A DNA stretch of 21,696 nucleotides from Octopus sinensis (GCF_006345805.1 NW_021823597.1:1-21696), one strand, 5' to 3'. Positions 10,283-21,069 are shown, numbered from the stretch's first letter. Notes: a model not told the origin generated them from the sequence alone. A program made the numbers and translations.

Positions 10283-10610
10283 TTCACTTGTGTCTTATCT
10301 GTCGTTATTTCTATTTCCTTTTCCTTTCCTTTCCTTCTACCTTATGTTCCCATTTGCATCATTTCTTATATCTTTATTATCATTATTATTATTACCACAT
10401 TTTTTTTTTACAAAGGGATTGTTGACCGTATTTTTCTTCTCTTTACTTTGCTATACTATTTTTCTTATTTCTGTTTTCCGTTTTCTTTTTTTTTTTTCCC
10501 CCTTACATTATTATTCTTTCGCCAATTTTTCTCCCTAACATTCTCCCCCACTCCCCATCTCACTCAATTGTTCATTCGCTCATCCAGTCTCTCTCTCTCT
10601 AATACTTTCT
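9783..10610 (+). repeat. Extended pyrimidine-rich region with (CT)n, (CT)n(CA)n, (ATT)n and poly-T tracts
   Basis: Read directly. Confidence 0.85.
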
Positions 10611-10776
10611 CTGTGCCAAACTAAAGTTTTTTCTTCAGGCTCATGCATTCGCTCTCAATGTCAACAATCTGCTCTCATTTCTGCATATATGTATACATTT
10701 TTACATACGCGTGCTTGTACGTGTCCATATGGAAGTTTCTAGTTACACATACATGCATGCATGCATAGAATCATAA

Positions 10777-10810
10777 ACACACCACACACACACACACACA
10801 TATTATTATC

Positions 10811-10861
<51 letters not shown>

Positions 10862-11042
10862 GTACACATCCATGTATATATATATGTGGATATATGTATA
10901 TTTATGTATATGTATACATGTACATATATGTATATATGTGTGTGTTTGTATATACACACACACACACGTATATATATATATATACATATTTACACACACA
11001 CATACACACGCGCACACACGCACACACACTCTCACACACACG

Positions 11043-11081
<39 letters not shown>
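10777..11081. repeat. Compound (CA)n-(TA)n-(TG)-(CA)n block
   Basis: Read directly. Confidence 0.93.
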
Positions 11082-11084
<3 letters not shown>

Positions 11085-11221
11085 GCAGAATCAGTGTTTC
11101 TTCATTCATTCGGGGTTTTTTTCTAGGTTTTAGTCTTTCTATGACACATGCAAATTTCTTTTTATATAGTTTTATATTTCATTCTCTTCCCTCTCACTCT
11201 TTCCTCCCGCGTTCTGTCCAC

Positions 11222-11345
11222 TCACTCACACACACACACACACACACCACGCGCGCACGCACACACACACACACCACACACACACACACACAAACACACG
11301 CACACGCGCGCACACCACACACACATACGCACGTATGCACATATG
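11222..11345 (+). repeat. (CA)n/(CG)n alternating purine-pyrimidine tract
   Basis: Read directly. Confidence 0.9.
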
Positions 11346-11552
11346 TGCGTTCGCATTTGTCAGCCATCTAATTCCCAGGTAGCCTAACTTGCAAGCCTTG
11401 CACACCTGAAGACATAATACAGTCTTCAATCACCTTGTCTCTTGCTCATTTATCTATACGGTTTCACGCGCTCACACACAAACGCGTGCGCACATACACA
11501 AAAAGAAAGAAAGAAAGAAAATCAGGGGAAGGAAGAATAAAGAAAAAAAAAG

Positions 11553-11565
11553 AGGAAGTGACGCA
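11553..11565 (+). promoter_or_regulatory. Overlapping ETS plus half-CRE motif AGGAAGTGACGCA
   Basis: GGAAGT overlapping TGACG, like the ETS-CRE composite of proximal promoters. Motif match only. Confidence 0.28.
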
Positions 11566-11701
11566 GTCAGCTTTCTTTTCTTTTGTCATGTCTCCAAACT
11601 GTGTTGTTATCATTTCACTTGAGATTTCCAAACCAGACAATTAGATCCAAGGCTGTACCGTTTTGGCCAACCTCCAGTCCAAATTTTCCCTTGTCTTCTG
11701 C

Positions 11702-11777
11702 TATTATCATTATCACTACTACCACCGCCACCACAACCTCTACTCCAATCACCATCATAATCATCATAATCATCATC
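11702..11777 (+). repeat. Degenerate trinucleotide array (ATT/ATC/ACT/ACC)
   Basis: Read directly. Confidence 0.8.
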
Positions 11778-11880
11778 CCCAGAACTTCAAAATCGAAAGC
11801 TTTTGATATCAAGCTAACAATGATACATTTATAAATTCTTTCTCATCCAATCTTTTTTCTTTCTGCTTTTATTTTTTTCT

Positions 11881-11892
11881 CATTCATTATTA

Positions 11893-11937
<45 letters not shown>
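11881..11937 (+). repeat. (ATT)n microsatellite
   Basis: Read directly. Confidence 0.95.
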
Positions 11938-11938
<1 letters not shown>

Positions 11939-12216
11939 ATTTTTTAAAGATTTTTCTCCTCTGGGAAGTTTTGACAAAGTAAGGTCTTGCCATATTTCTT
12001 TTTTTTTTCACTGCCAAAATTTTATGTTGAATACTCTTGTTGTGACACTGTCTCTCGGTGTAAGCTGAGAATGACACAAACTGGCAGCTATTTTCTGGTT
12101 AGATGTCTTTTCAGATATTTTTGGGATAAAAGAAGAAAATAAGCGATGGAAGAAATATAAAAGGTTCCAGTCTTGATTTTTGTCAACCCGAGGGTATCAT
12201 ACAACCTTAGAAAATG

Positions 12217-12250
<34 letters not shown>
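12217..12250 (+). repeat. (CT)n(CA)n microsatellite
   Basis: Read directly. Confidence 0.95.
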
Positions 12251-12374
12251 TTCTCTTTCCCTTTCTCACTTTCTCTGTGTTTGTATGAGTGTAGTTGTGT
12301 GTATGTGCGAATGTATGTGTTTATGTTGTATGGCATCAACATTTCCCTGTACAATTTCAAGTTGTGAGAGTATA

Positions 12375-12459
12375 AGGTGAACTGCTGTTGAATGGTGTGT
12401 AGTCTAAGTTAACTGAAGAGAGATGTAGGTGAGGTGGTATTGAACGGTCTGTAGTCTAA
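12375..12459 (+). repeat. Diverged direct repeat with 52-bp period
   Basis: aggtgaactgctgttgaatggtgtgtagtctaa (12375-12407) vs aggtgaggtggtattgaacggtctgtagtctaa (12427-12459); 27/33 identical. Confidence 0.8.
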
Positions 12460-12609
12460 TTCCATTTCATCTTTATAAACTCTTTCACTTCATATACACG
12501 TTTAATGTTCTAGAGAAAAGCGTGAACCTGAAAATAGGAGCTGATTAACTGCAGACAATGGATAGAACATCAAACAGTTGTTTCAATTAATAACAAACAT
12601 TTGTACGCG

Positions 12610-12805
12610 TCAGCGAGGGAGACTCTGAGTGGTCGTACGAAAATACTAGAAATAAGAGTCAAATCTCCCTCAAATTGCATCTAACCATCTGAAGAAGAAA
12701 ACAAGGAAAAGAGGATTGTGTCAAGGCTAGAACACTTTTTTTTACACAGGTCTGCGCCATCAAGGTAGATTTGAGATCAAGCAATGTTAACAGCATCAAA
12801 AGTAG
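12610..12805 (-). repeat. Dispersed repeat family C copy (inverted)
   Basis: Shares an exact inverted 14-mer with 8251-8264, and CTAGAAATA (12646-12654) with 13264-13272. Both sub-blocks occur in reversed order. Confidence 0.6.
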
Positions 12806-12877
12806 ACGAAGATTTGTTATTTCTAACTTAAGGATAGATACACGAATATATCCAGTGGAGAAGCTTGAAAACAAAAC

Positions 12878-12989
12878 TGGAGCATTTTTTTAATTAAATA
12901 ATTCAAGGACAATTTGAACAATAAATGGTATTGAAGTGTAAAACACTTGCCTTTCTCCATTTTCTTTATTCCTAAAGGGTATGGCTGTA
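12878..12989 (-). repeat. Right arm of the 112-bp inverted repeat (TIR-like)
   Basis: Reverse complement matches 9527-9638 at 102/112. Confidence 0.92.
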
Positions 12990-13099
12990 AAATAAGTAAA
13001 AACGGATCTTAAAGGAAATACAAATACTAACATTGGATTCCGTATGTCAGAGCTTTTATGATGTAATCACCAACTCTTTATTTTGGTCTTTCAGTTTAT

Positions 13100-13310
13100 T
13101 TTTCCCCCCAGTTTAGGTTTCAATGAGCAGATCATACGGTTGGGGATGTTTCAGTTGTAACCTTCACATCCTTTCTATTTTTACGGTCATATTGAAATGC
13201 TTACATTTCACTGCCCCTTCCATTTGTTTTAAGCGAAGTGTCATTGAAAAGAAATTTAGTCGCTATTTCTAGCAGGCTGAACGATTTCATAGAGTTTTAT
13301 TCGTTGGTTC
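13100..13310 (+). repeat. Dispersed repeat family C copy
   Basis: 'gagcagatcatacggttggggatgtttcag' and 'gaaatttagtcgctatttctagcaggctgaacgatttcatagag' are colinear with 8090-8305 and with the reverse complement of 12610-12805. Confidence 0.55.
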
Positions 13311-14001
13311 ATACTCTTAAAATAATAATACCGCGCTCATGATGGAACAAAATCATGGGAGATGCTTGTGAATAGATTAGTTCAAGGTGATGTAGGGTAA
13401 TCCAAGGTTCAAATTGATAACTTTATGGGACAGGGGACTGATGAATTTTCAGATTGCTGTATCAGTGATTGACAATTACATTACGGAAGTAATGAGCTTT
13501 CGTAAAAATTGCAAGATGGCTAATTTTTAGTTCAAATCGTGCCTTCAGCGAGTTTGACTTTCAATGCTTTGCATACAGAATATTTAAAATGAAAAAATGT
13601 GTCACACAAATACCGGAAACCTTAAAACCATAGGTGTAGGGTTTGTTTTGCTTGATAATTTGCTTGCCTTTTCGCATTTACTTATAGCTTGACGTTATAT
13701 CGTCGCTCATTTCTTAGTTACTAGAAGACAACATGCTCGCATTAGTGACTGTGAAAATTCTTTTAGTCATTCCTACATATTTTCCTAATACTATATATAT
13801 GTATGCAAGTAGCATGTATGGGTTTATACATGAATGTGTGTGGTGTGTGAGTGTGTGTGTGTGTGTGTCTGTGTGTGCATGTGTATGTTTTTGTGCGTAA
13901 TTGTGTGTGTACAATATACTGTTCCGTGATGGTAAGATCAACAAAAAACGTACTCCATATATATATATATATATATATATGTGTGAAGAGACATATACAT
14001 A

Positions 14002-14174
14002 TAGACAGACAGACGGACAGATAGATAGGTAGACAGATAGATAGTCAGACAGGTAGATAGATAGATAGATTATATAGATAGATAGATAGATAGATAGATA
14101 GATTGATAGATGATAGATAGATAGCTAGCTATGCATGCAGACAGGCAGACAGACAAACAGACAGACAAACAGAC

Positions 14175-14249
<75 letters not shown>

Positions 14250-14272
14250 CAGATAGATAGATAGATAGATAG
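14002..14272 (+). repeat. (GATA)n/(GACA)n tetranucleotide array
   Basis: Read directly; opposite orientation to the TATC arrays at 6110-6482 and 17378-17477. Confidence 0.97.
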
Positions 14273-14276
14273 TACA

Positions 14277-14313
14277 TGTCTGAAGATTGCAGTAGCGTGA
14301 AACTCGAGACGCG
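14277..14313 (+). ncRNA. Minimal type I hammerhead-ribozyme-like motif, probably an inactive relic (GUC>GAC)
   Basis: Exact CUGAAGA (14280-86); stem II UGC-agua-GCG with a U.U base; GAAA (14299-302); C-UCGA-G stem III with palindromic tetraloop; triplet GAC (14308-10) instead of GUH; short stem I UGU/GCG. Confidence 0.5.
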
Positions 14314-14645
14314 GGAGAGACCCCCAGGTTCAGTTTCAAGAAAGCATTCTCTATGGCATGGCACATATCGAAATATAATATATGTGTGTGTATGTGTTTG
14401 TGTGTGTAAGTGTGTGTACAGATATATGTATATGTTTTTGTGTGCGTGCGTATGTCTGTGCATATAATACAGTTGTTAGTATGTAAGTGTACATCCACAC
14501 GCATAAACATAGATCTCCGTGTACAGGTAGTTATCAGTATATGTGAGATGAGCCGATCCAACAAATCTTTCTGGACGAAGATTAAACGACATCTGTCAGC
14601 TACCGAATAAATACCCCTTGTTGCTTGAGTGCTTAATATAGATTT

Positions 14646-14696
14646 GCTTCTCCGTGGAGGACGGTGTTCGTACGATTCGAAACAGCTGCGTCATGC
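14646..14696 (+). ncRNA. Decayed hammerhead-like motif
   Basis: CCGUGGA (14652-58), imperfect stem II closed by a UUCG loop (14659-78), GAAAC-AGCU-G (14679-88) with palindromic tetraloop. Cleavage triplet and stem I are degraded. Confidence 0.3.
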
Positions 14697-14882
14697 CATA
14701 TGGGAATGATCTTGCGATATATTTGTAATCATATGTATATTTTATTACTTAGTTTTTAAACCGATATATAAGATTTCAACAAGATGATACATAGTTTGCA
14801 GTCATTGGTTAGTTGCAACAGTGTGTTGATGATTATGTCTCATTGTGGGTATTTGTATCTATACGCATATAGACATATGTTT

Positions 14883-14899
14883 ACACACACAATTTGCAT

Positions 14900-14931
<32 letters not shown>

Positions 14932-15005
14932 ACACACACTCACACAAAGATAAAGAAGATAGATAAATAGATAGATGTATGCATACATATATATATAATA
15001 TAATA

Positions 15006-15052
<47 letters not shown>

Positions 15053-15114
15053 TATAGTCCTATATTTATATCCAAATATATGCGTATACATACATATATA
15101 CAAACGTATATATA

Positions 15115-15157
<43 letters not shown>

Positions 15158-15290
15158 TATTATAATGCAGACAACTATATATACATATATATTGTCTGCA
15201 TATATACAAATGGTATATATATATAATATATATATACATAACACATACATGTATACACATACACTGATACATGCATATATACATATCCAC
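14883..15290. repeat. Compound (CA)n/(GATA)/(TA)n block
   Basis: Read directly. Confidence 0.9.
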
Positions 15291-15422
15291 GCATTTGCGT
15301 GTTTTTGCTTAGCTATTTATAAATTCTCATAGTTGTCAGTGTATTTTGCACCCCCCACGTTCGAGAGTAATCGATAAAATTACTGCTTTTATCACCAGAA
15401 GTTTCACAACACATGTATGTGT

Positions 15423-15424
<2 letters not shown>

Positions 15425-15482
<58 letters not shown>

Positions 15483-15499
15483 ATGTGAATGTATGTGTG
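15425..15499 (+). repeat. (TG)n microsatellite
   Basis: Read directly. Confidence 0.95.
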
Positions 15500-16287
15500 C
15501 AAACTACAATCATGTATGTTTGAAGTATATTTCTGTCCCTTTTTTCTATGAAACCAATAAGTGAAAATATATATAAAAAAAAACACAAAACATTGTTTCT
15601 TTTTATTTAAATGTGTAATATATAGCATGAAAAAAAAACGTAAAGAACTTTATGCCATCTGGTGACATCCTAATTTGTTATCTAAATTTTGTGAGTAACT
15701 TTATGGAAAGAACATTTCTGTTGGCTATTTCACAGACACTAGCGAGTATTTTACAAACATACATACATGCATATATATATATATACATATACTTGCATAT
15801 ATATATATATCTGCGAGTGAATTTTTTTTTGTGTGTGTGTCTGTGCATACGTAAGTGGTTTTTGTGAGTGAGCATTTGTGCGTCGGTATGAATTGGCGTT
15901 AACGCTATGACAATCTACATATAGAGTTCGGTGGTTTTGGATATTTCCATTGCGCATGTACAAAAAAAATTGGCACACTTGTTGCGGAAATATGCTTCTT
16001 CTAACCTCGTGTATTTTAAAACACTGAAATAGATGTGCAACATTCTGTATTTCCTCTGAAGAGTGTACACATGCAAGTAAGTTTGTATGACAATATGCAT
16101 ATATATGAACGTATATGTCTGTATGTGTATGTCTGTCTTTAACGTGTGTGCGCGTGTGTGTATATATGTACATATGCACATATGCATGTGTATAGATGCT
16201 TAAAGTAAAGTGGGACATTTTCTTTGTGTAAAAACACTCGTTGCACTCTGGGTAAGTATGTAAATATATACACTTGAGTCCAATTTA

Positions 16288-16508
16288 TGTGTGTGTGTGG
16301 TTGTGTGTGTACGTGTATGTTGTGTGTATGTTATATATGTATATATATATAATAATATATATATATATATATATATATATCTTATATTTATATAATATAC
16401 GTAATATGATATATAGACATATATATATTATAATATATCTACGGATATATATATATATATATATATACATATATAGAATATGTAGTGTGTTTATGTATAT
16501 TATATATA

Positions 16509-16542
<34 letters not shown>

Positions 16543-16585
16543 TTACGTATATATGTATGTAATGTATGTGTGTTTATATTATTAT
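16288..16585. repeat. (TG)n and long interrupted (TA)n block
   Basis: Read directly. Confidence 0.92.
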
Positions 16586-17072
16586 AAAATGAATGTGTGG
16601 ATGTATTATATTGTGTGTGGTGTGTGCGTTGTGATAATGATTTACCACAGATATCATAGGGATGTTGTTTTTCTCCAGTAAGAATCCGTTTGAGAATACT
16701 AAGCTCATCATTTCGGGAGAATGATTTACTGTAGCTATTTCTTCCTCGCGGTATAAAATTAACTCCACTATTTGAATCATTTCTGTTATGTTTTACCTAC
16801 AAGGAACATCACTAGTTTTCTCTGACTCCGCTTTTACTACCACATAGTCAGCCATTTTCACCCTCATTCAAAGAGACAAACCATGCCTTTATCTAAAGAG
16901 TTATATCACCGCGCATTCATCTAAATCAACATTAATTTTTCCGTGTATATAGTAACTTAGTCAGACAGTGAGACAAAGTAATTCCTTTAATTTAATCATC
17001 CATTTATCCGTGCAATCAAATTCGGTCCCTTGTGTTGTCTAAGAGATTAACATGTAGATTCTAAGAGATAAT

Positions 17073-17170
17073 CTTCTCTCTTCTTCCTCTATCCCTACCT
17101 CACACTCTACCTTCTCTCTCTTCCTTCCTTTCTCTCTCTCTCTCTCTCTTCTCCTCTTTCTTTTCTTTAT
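17073..17170 (+). repeat. Polypyrimidine (CT)n tract
   Basis: Read directly. Confidence 0.88.
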
Positions 17171-17377
17171 TGTTTCTGTTCTCTCCCATTATCGATGTTG
17201 GTGTGGAGGGTTATCTGAGAATGGCGCTCTGTGAGCTTGTGAAGAGTAGCTTCACTTCTATTTTGATCAAGTTTATAAGGTCAGTTGTTTGCCTCAGCTC
17301 TGAGACTTCATCTTCAATGTGTACAGGAATTAGTCTATTAGTGCATGCATTGAATCATTCATTTCCTCTCCCACCTC

Positions 17378-17391
17378 TATCTATCTATCTG

Positions 17392-17469
<78 letters not shown>

Positions 17470-17477
17470 ACTATCTC
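17378..17477 (+). repeat. (TATC)n array
   Basis: Read directly. Confidence 0.96.
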
Positions 17478-17571
17478 TAAGTAAGTTTGTCTCACCGGAT
17501 ATTTGTATGTTTCACTCTCTTCGTCTCCCACATTTCTCTCCCTTCCTTGTCTTTCTCTTTATTTATCTGAT

Positions 17572-17575
17572 CATA

Positions 17576-17627
<52 letters not shown>
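17572..17627 (+). repeat. (CA)n microsatellite
   Basis: Read directly. Confidence 0.95.
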
Positions 17628-17842
17628 ACAACAGACATACAGCCATAACATGTACGCATTGATATATGTACACATACGCACACATACACCAAAGCAGAAA
17701 TGCACACACGTAAATGTGTGATTGCAGACAGTGGAATATTCCAAATCTTGAAATCTAGGCTGTTCTAAGTTGTGTTGAAAATTGCTGAGATAGCAAAAGG
17801 CCGAATCTAATATATAACAATATTTGGCTTCATTCTCATGGA

Positions 17843-17968
17843 CTTTATGTTCTAATTCCGTTTGTATCGATTAATTTTCATTCTTCCGTGGGTTTACATA
17901 ATATGTACCAGTCATATATGAGTAAGGTCGGTTTCTTCCCTACAAAAATTGACATTCTGTCTAAATAA
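17843..17968 (+). mobile_element. Highly degenerate SINE remnant
   Basis: 'ctttatgttctaattccg...tttcattcttccgtgggtttacataatatgtaccagt' resembles a recalled Octopus SINE consensus and, weakly, 20030-20095. Confidence 0.35.
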
Positions 17969-18799
17969 ACCAGATATAATATTTGGCTCTTCCAGTCTTA
18001 CTTATACCGTCATAACTCTTTCTTCCTGTGGTCAATAAGACGAATACCCGCAAAAAATCAGGGTAGCTAATTAGAATAATCTGTTAGAGAAAATAAAACA
18101 TTTTAGTTGCATGCCATAATGATGCCTGATAATGTGATGTGGACAATACCAAGGTTTCTTATTTGTTTCCGTCTTCCTCTCTTTTTCTTACTCATACGCG
18201 CTTCCTTTCACTTTCTCTCACACCTCCTTCTATAGAAACCTTGCAAAGTCAAATTTTGTGGTATGCAAATTCCCAAAAAATTTAAAAACCTATTTTCATG
18301 ATCTATTCAGAGCAGAAAGGTTAGAGGTCTTGTTTTTTTATCAGGGCCCACGAGATGGGTAATAAGAAAGAGAAGTTATCCTTAACGTAGAATTCTAACT
18401 CGAGTGTTTACAACAAAGTGGACTCTGCTAAAGGTAACCAGAGACCAGGTGGCTCGTTCAGAGTTTCACAAGTCTACACGGAGGAACTAGTGCTTTATTA
18501 GTGATCCACACAAACCCAGGTTTTCGTTACGAACTCAATACTAATGTGAAGATGAACACTATAAATATTAGACTGGCAGACAATCCTAAACTAGATGAGA
18601 TAACGCTGGTTTAACTGTACAGCCTCAGAATGTCGCGTTCGCATTCCTCATATTTGTCATTAGATGAATAATGCATATCACAAATACACACTGAAACACA
18701 CACATACTAACATATATACAAAGAAAATTAAACGAATCTGCAATTTCCAGCAATGAGTATTTCAGTTGTTCTATTATCCGAAATAGTTACTCATGAAAT

Positions 18800-18926
18800 A
18801 CAGGGCAAGCTGCTGAGTATCTCTTAAGAGATAGTTACTTTAACGTAATTCTCTCTCAGAAGCATCAAGAGACAAAGACTGATATAACAAGACTGACACA
18901 TTGAATTATAGCTGCAGTCCATTTCA
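18800..18926 (-). mobile_element. Degenerate SINE 3'-region fragment
   Basis: 'gctgctgagtatctc...ttaacgtaattctc...ttgaattatagctgcagtccattt' resembles a recalled Octopus SINE segment. No second clear copy in the window. Confidence 0.35.
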
Positions 18927-18939
18927 CGGCTTTACAATC

Positions 18940-18980
18940 GCACACACATACGCACGCACACACACACACGCACACGCACG

Positions 18981-19030
<50 letters not shown>

Positions 19031-19076
19031 CTCAGATACACACACAAACACACACCCAGAGCGCACATACATACAC
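18940..19076 (+). repeat. (CA)n/(CG) microsatellite
   Basis: Read directly. Confidence 0.93.
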
Positions 19077-19537
19077 TTGTACTCATGTTATGTATGCATG
19101 TCTGTACGTAGTTTTGATTGACACCAAATCATATCTTCATATTCCTAACGTACTCTGGTCATGTATGTCTGACTGGACAATTCAGAAGTGCTTCAAACAT
19201 CCAGCAAATGGTTTGAGAAGCCAAAGCGTATCAAGTGAAGTAAGGTATTTCTAAATGTGTCTTTGATCAATATTCACCAGACTGCGATATAACAGTCCAA
19301 GAAAGACACGAGGTTAATATATTCCGGTTGTTGCACCAGCAGTGATCTTTCTACTAATGCATCAATGCACTTTGCTGTGTGTCATCATCTATTGATGATG
19401 CTATAACTTGGCATGTGTGTGAAGAAAGAGTTCAACATTTGTGCGTATCTCTACGTGTATCTATGTTTGCATAAATGGATGATTTGTGCGTGAGTTTATC
19501 TACATTTTCGGTGTGAGAGCATGTATTGTTGTTGTTC

Positions 19538-19546
19538 TGTGTGTGT

Positions 19547-19625
<79 letters not shown>

Positions 19626-19635
19626 CATGCGTGTA
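19538..19635 (+). repeat. (TG)n microsatellite
   Basis: Read directly. Confidence 0.95.
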
Positions 19636-19749
19636 TAAGTCTTGTATAATTTATTGTGTTTGCTTGGTTCATGTATATTTATGTATAGGTCATTCGTCCT
19701 CGGTTTTCAATGATTTCAGGATTTCAATGATGGCTATTTTGTTTTTATG

Positions 19750-19796
19750 CACACACAAACTCATACACACACATACACTAATTTATGTTTATATAT

Positions 19797-19832
<36 letters not shown>

Positions 19833-20022
19833 CACACACATACACAAATACATATACATATGCATATATATACACACATATGTATAGATATATATAAAAA
19901 TACGCACATATATACACACACCTATATATATAGATAGGAGTGTGTGTATGTGCGTGTGTGCACGTGTGTGTATGCATGTGTGCGTGTATGCATATGTGTG
20001 TGCGCGTGCGCGCGTATATGCG
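19750..20022. repeat. Compound (CA)n-(TA)-(TG/CG)n block
   Basis: Read directly. Confidence 0.9.
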
Positions 20023-20029
20023 CCTTAGA

Positions 20030-20157
20030 TTTAAATCTTGCTGCTCTGAAGTTTAGCTCTTTCGGTGTCGATAAATAGCGTAAGTACTGGGAGCGATTTG
20101 TTCGACTAAAGGAGGTGCTCCAGCATGGCCACAGTCAAATGACTGAAACAAATATAA

Positions 20158-20160
<3 letters not shown>
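20030..20160 (+). mobile_element. SINE fragment sharing the 3' region of family B, followed by (TA)n
   Basis: Reverse complement 'gtttcagtcatttgactgtggccatgctggagcacc' aligns with 8366-8401 'gtttcagtcataagactgttgccatgcttgagcatc'. Confidence 0.75.
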
Positions 20161-20196
<36 letters not shown>

Positions 20197-20355
20197 TATA
20201 TATATTGTGGGTGTGTGTTTTTATTAGTATATTCAAATGTACCCATGTGCCTTTATATGTCTGTGTGAAAATAATTCTTGTGATATGCCCTATTAATTTC
20301 GCGGATTATAACGAGTGTATATTTCATTCATCGCTGATGTATAAAAATAAGTGAC

Positions 20356-20383
20356 TCGGCACGAACTTTCCGGACAACCCAAA
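20356..20383 (-). mobile_element. Solitary mariner-like terminal inverted repeat
   Basis: Minus strand TTGGGTTGTCCGGAAAGTTCGTGCCGA resembles mariner TIRs of the TT(A/G)GGTTG...AAAGT type. No partner TIR seen in the window. Confidence 0.4.
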
Positions 20384-20819
20384 ATTTACAGTCTGAGCGT
20401 TAGTCTCAACGTAATAGACTAGCCCTTCCTCCAAAATTTCAGGCGTTGTAACTTCAGTAGGAAAGTATAAAACTAACGACATAGACAACCCACACACACG
20501 CGCAATACATATATGATAATATATACGTGCATGCATATGATATTTATCATATTTACATATGATACACATCTATGTGTATGGATATATGTACGCATCCTTG
20601 TATCTGTGTATGTATGGATCCTCGTTCCATTTTTTTATTCTATCTTTAATCTCTTCTAGGTTGGTTTTACTACTCATCCTCTCTACTTCTACCCCGCTTT
20701 GCCTCTTTCTGTTTCATTCTCTCTCTTTCCGAATACATTTTTCTCTTAATTCTCAACCAGGCTCTCGGGGGTTCCAACGCATGTCTCGCTGTTTTCTTTG
20801 TTATCTCTGTGTTTCTTTA

Positions 20820-20910
20820 CTCTTTCTCCTTCCTTCCTTCCTTCCTTCCTTCTTTCTTTCTTTTCTTCTTTCTTTCTTTTCTTCTTTCTTTCTTTTTTTC
20901 TTTCTTTTTG
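20820..20910 (+). repeat. (TTCC)n/(TTTC)n polypyrimidine tract
   Basis: Read directly. Confidence 0.93.
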
Positions 20911-21069
20911 TCACTCGTTCTCTGATACTCCCTACAGGATATCTACACATTGTATTACGCTGCTCTTTCAACTCCTGTACATATTTTCCTCAGATTTACT
21001 TCTTGTCGCTTTAAAATAACCTCTCTATCTTTCAGCATTTCTTATATCGACTTTCCCTCTACCCAGTCT

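Larger units (their letters stand above)
9529..12987. mobile_element. Putative non-autonomous Tc1/mariner-type DNA transposon bounded by long TIRs
   Basis: Right end reads ...ATGGCTG|TA (TA|CAGCCAT on the minus strand); left end TG|CAACCAT is the decayed equivalent. No transposase ORF inside. That the two arms belong to one element is inferred. Confidence 0.4.

Noticed and set aside
8090-13310. Large segmental inverted duplication combining family C copies and the 112-bp arms
   Set aside because: The copies are not concentric and the family C copies are much more diverged than the arms; independent insertions fit better.
17190-17360. Coding exon in the unique island between CT and TATC tracts
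   Set aside because: Short open frames exist on both strands, but there is no convincing acceptor-donor pair and no recognisable peptide. It cannot be excluded without RNA-seq.
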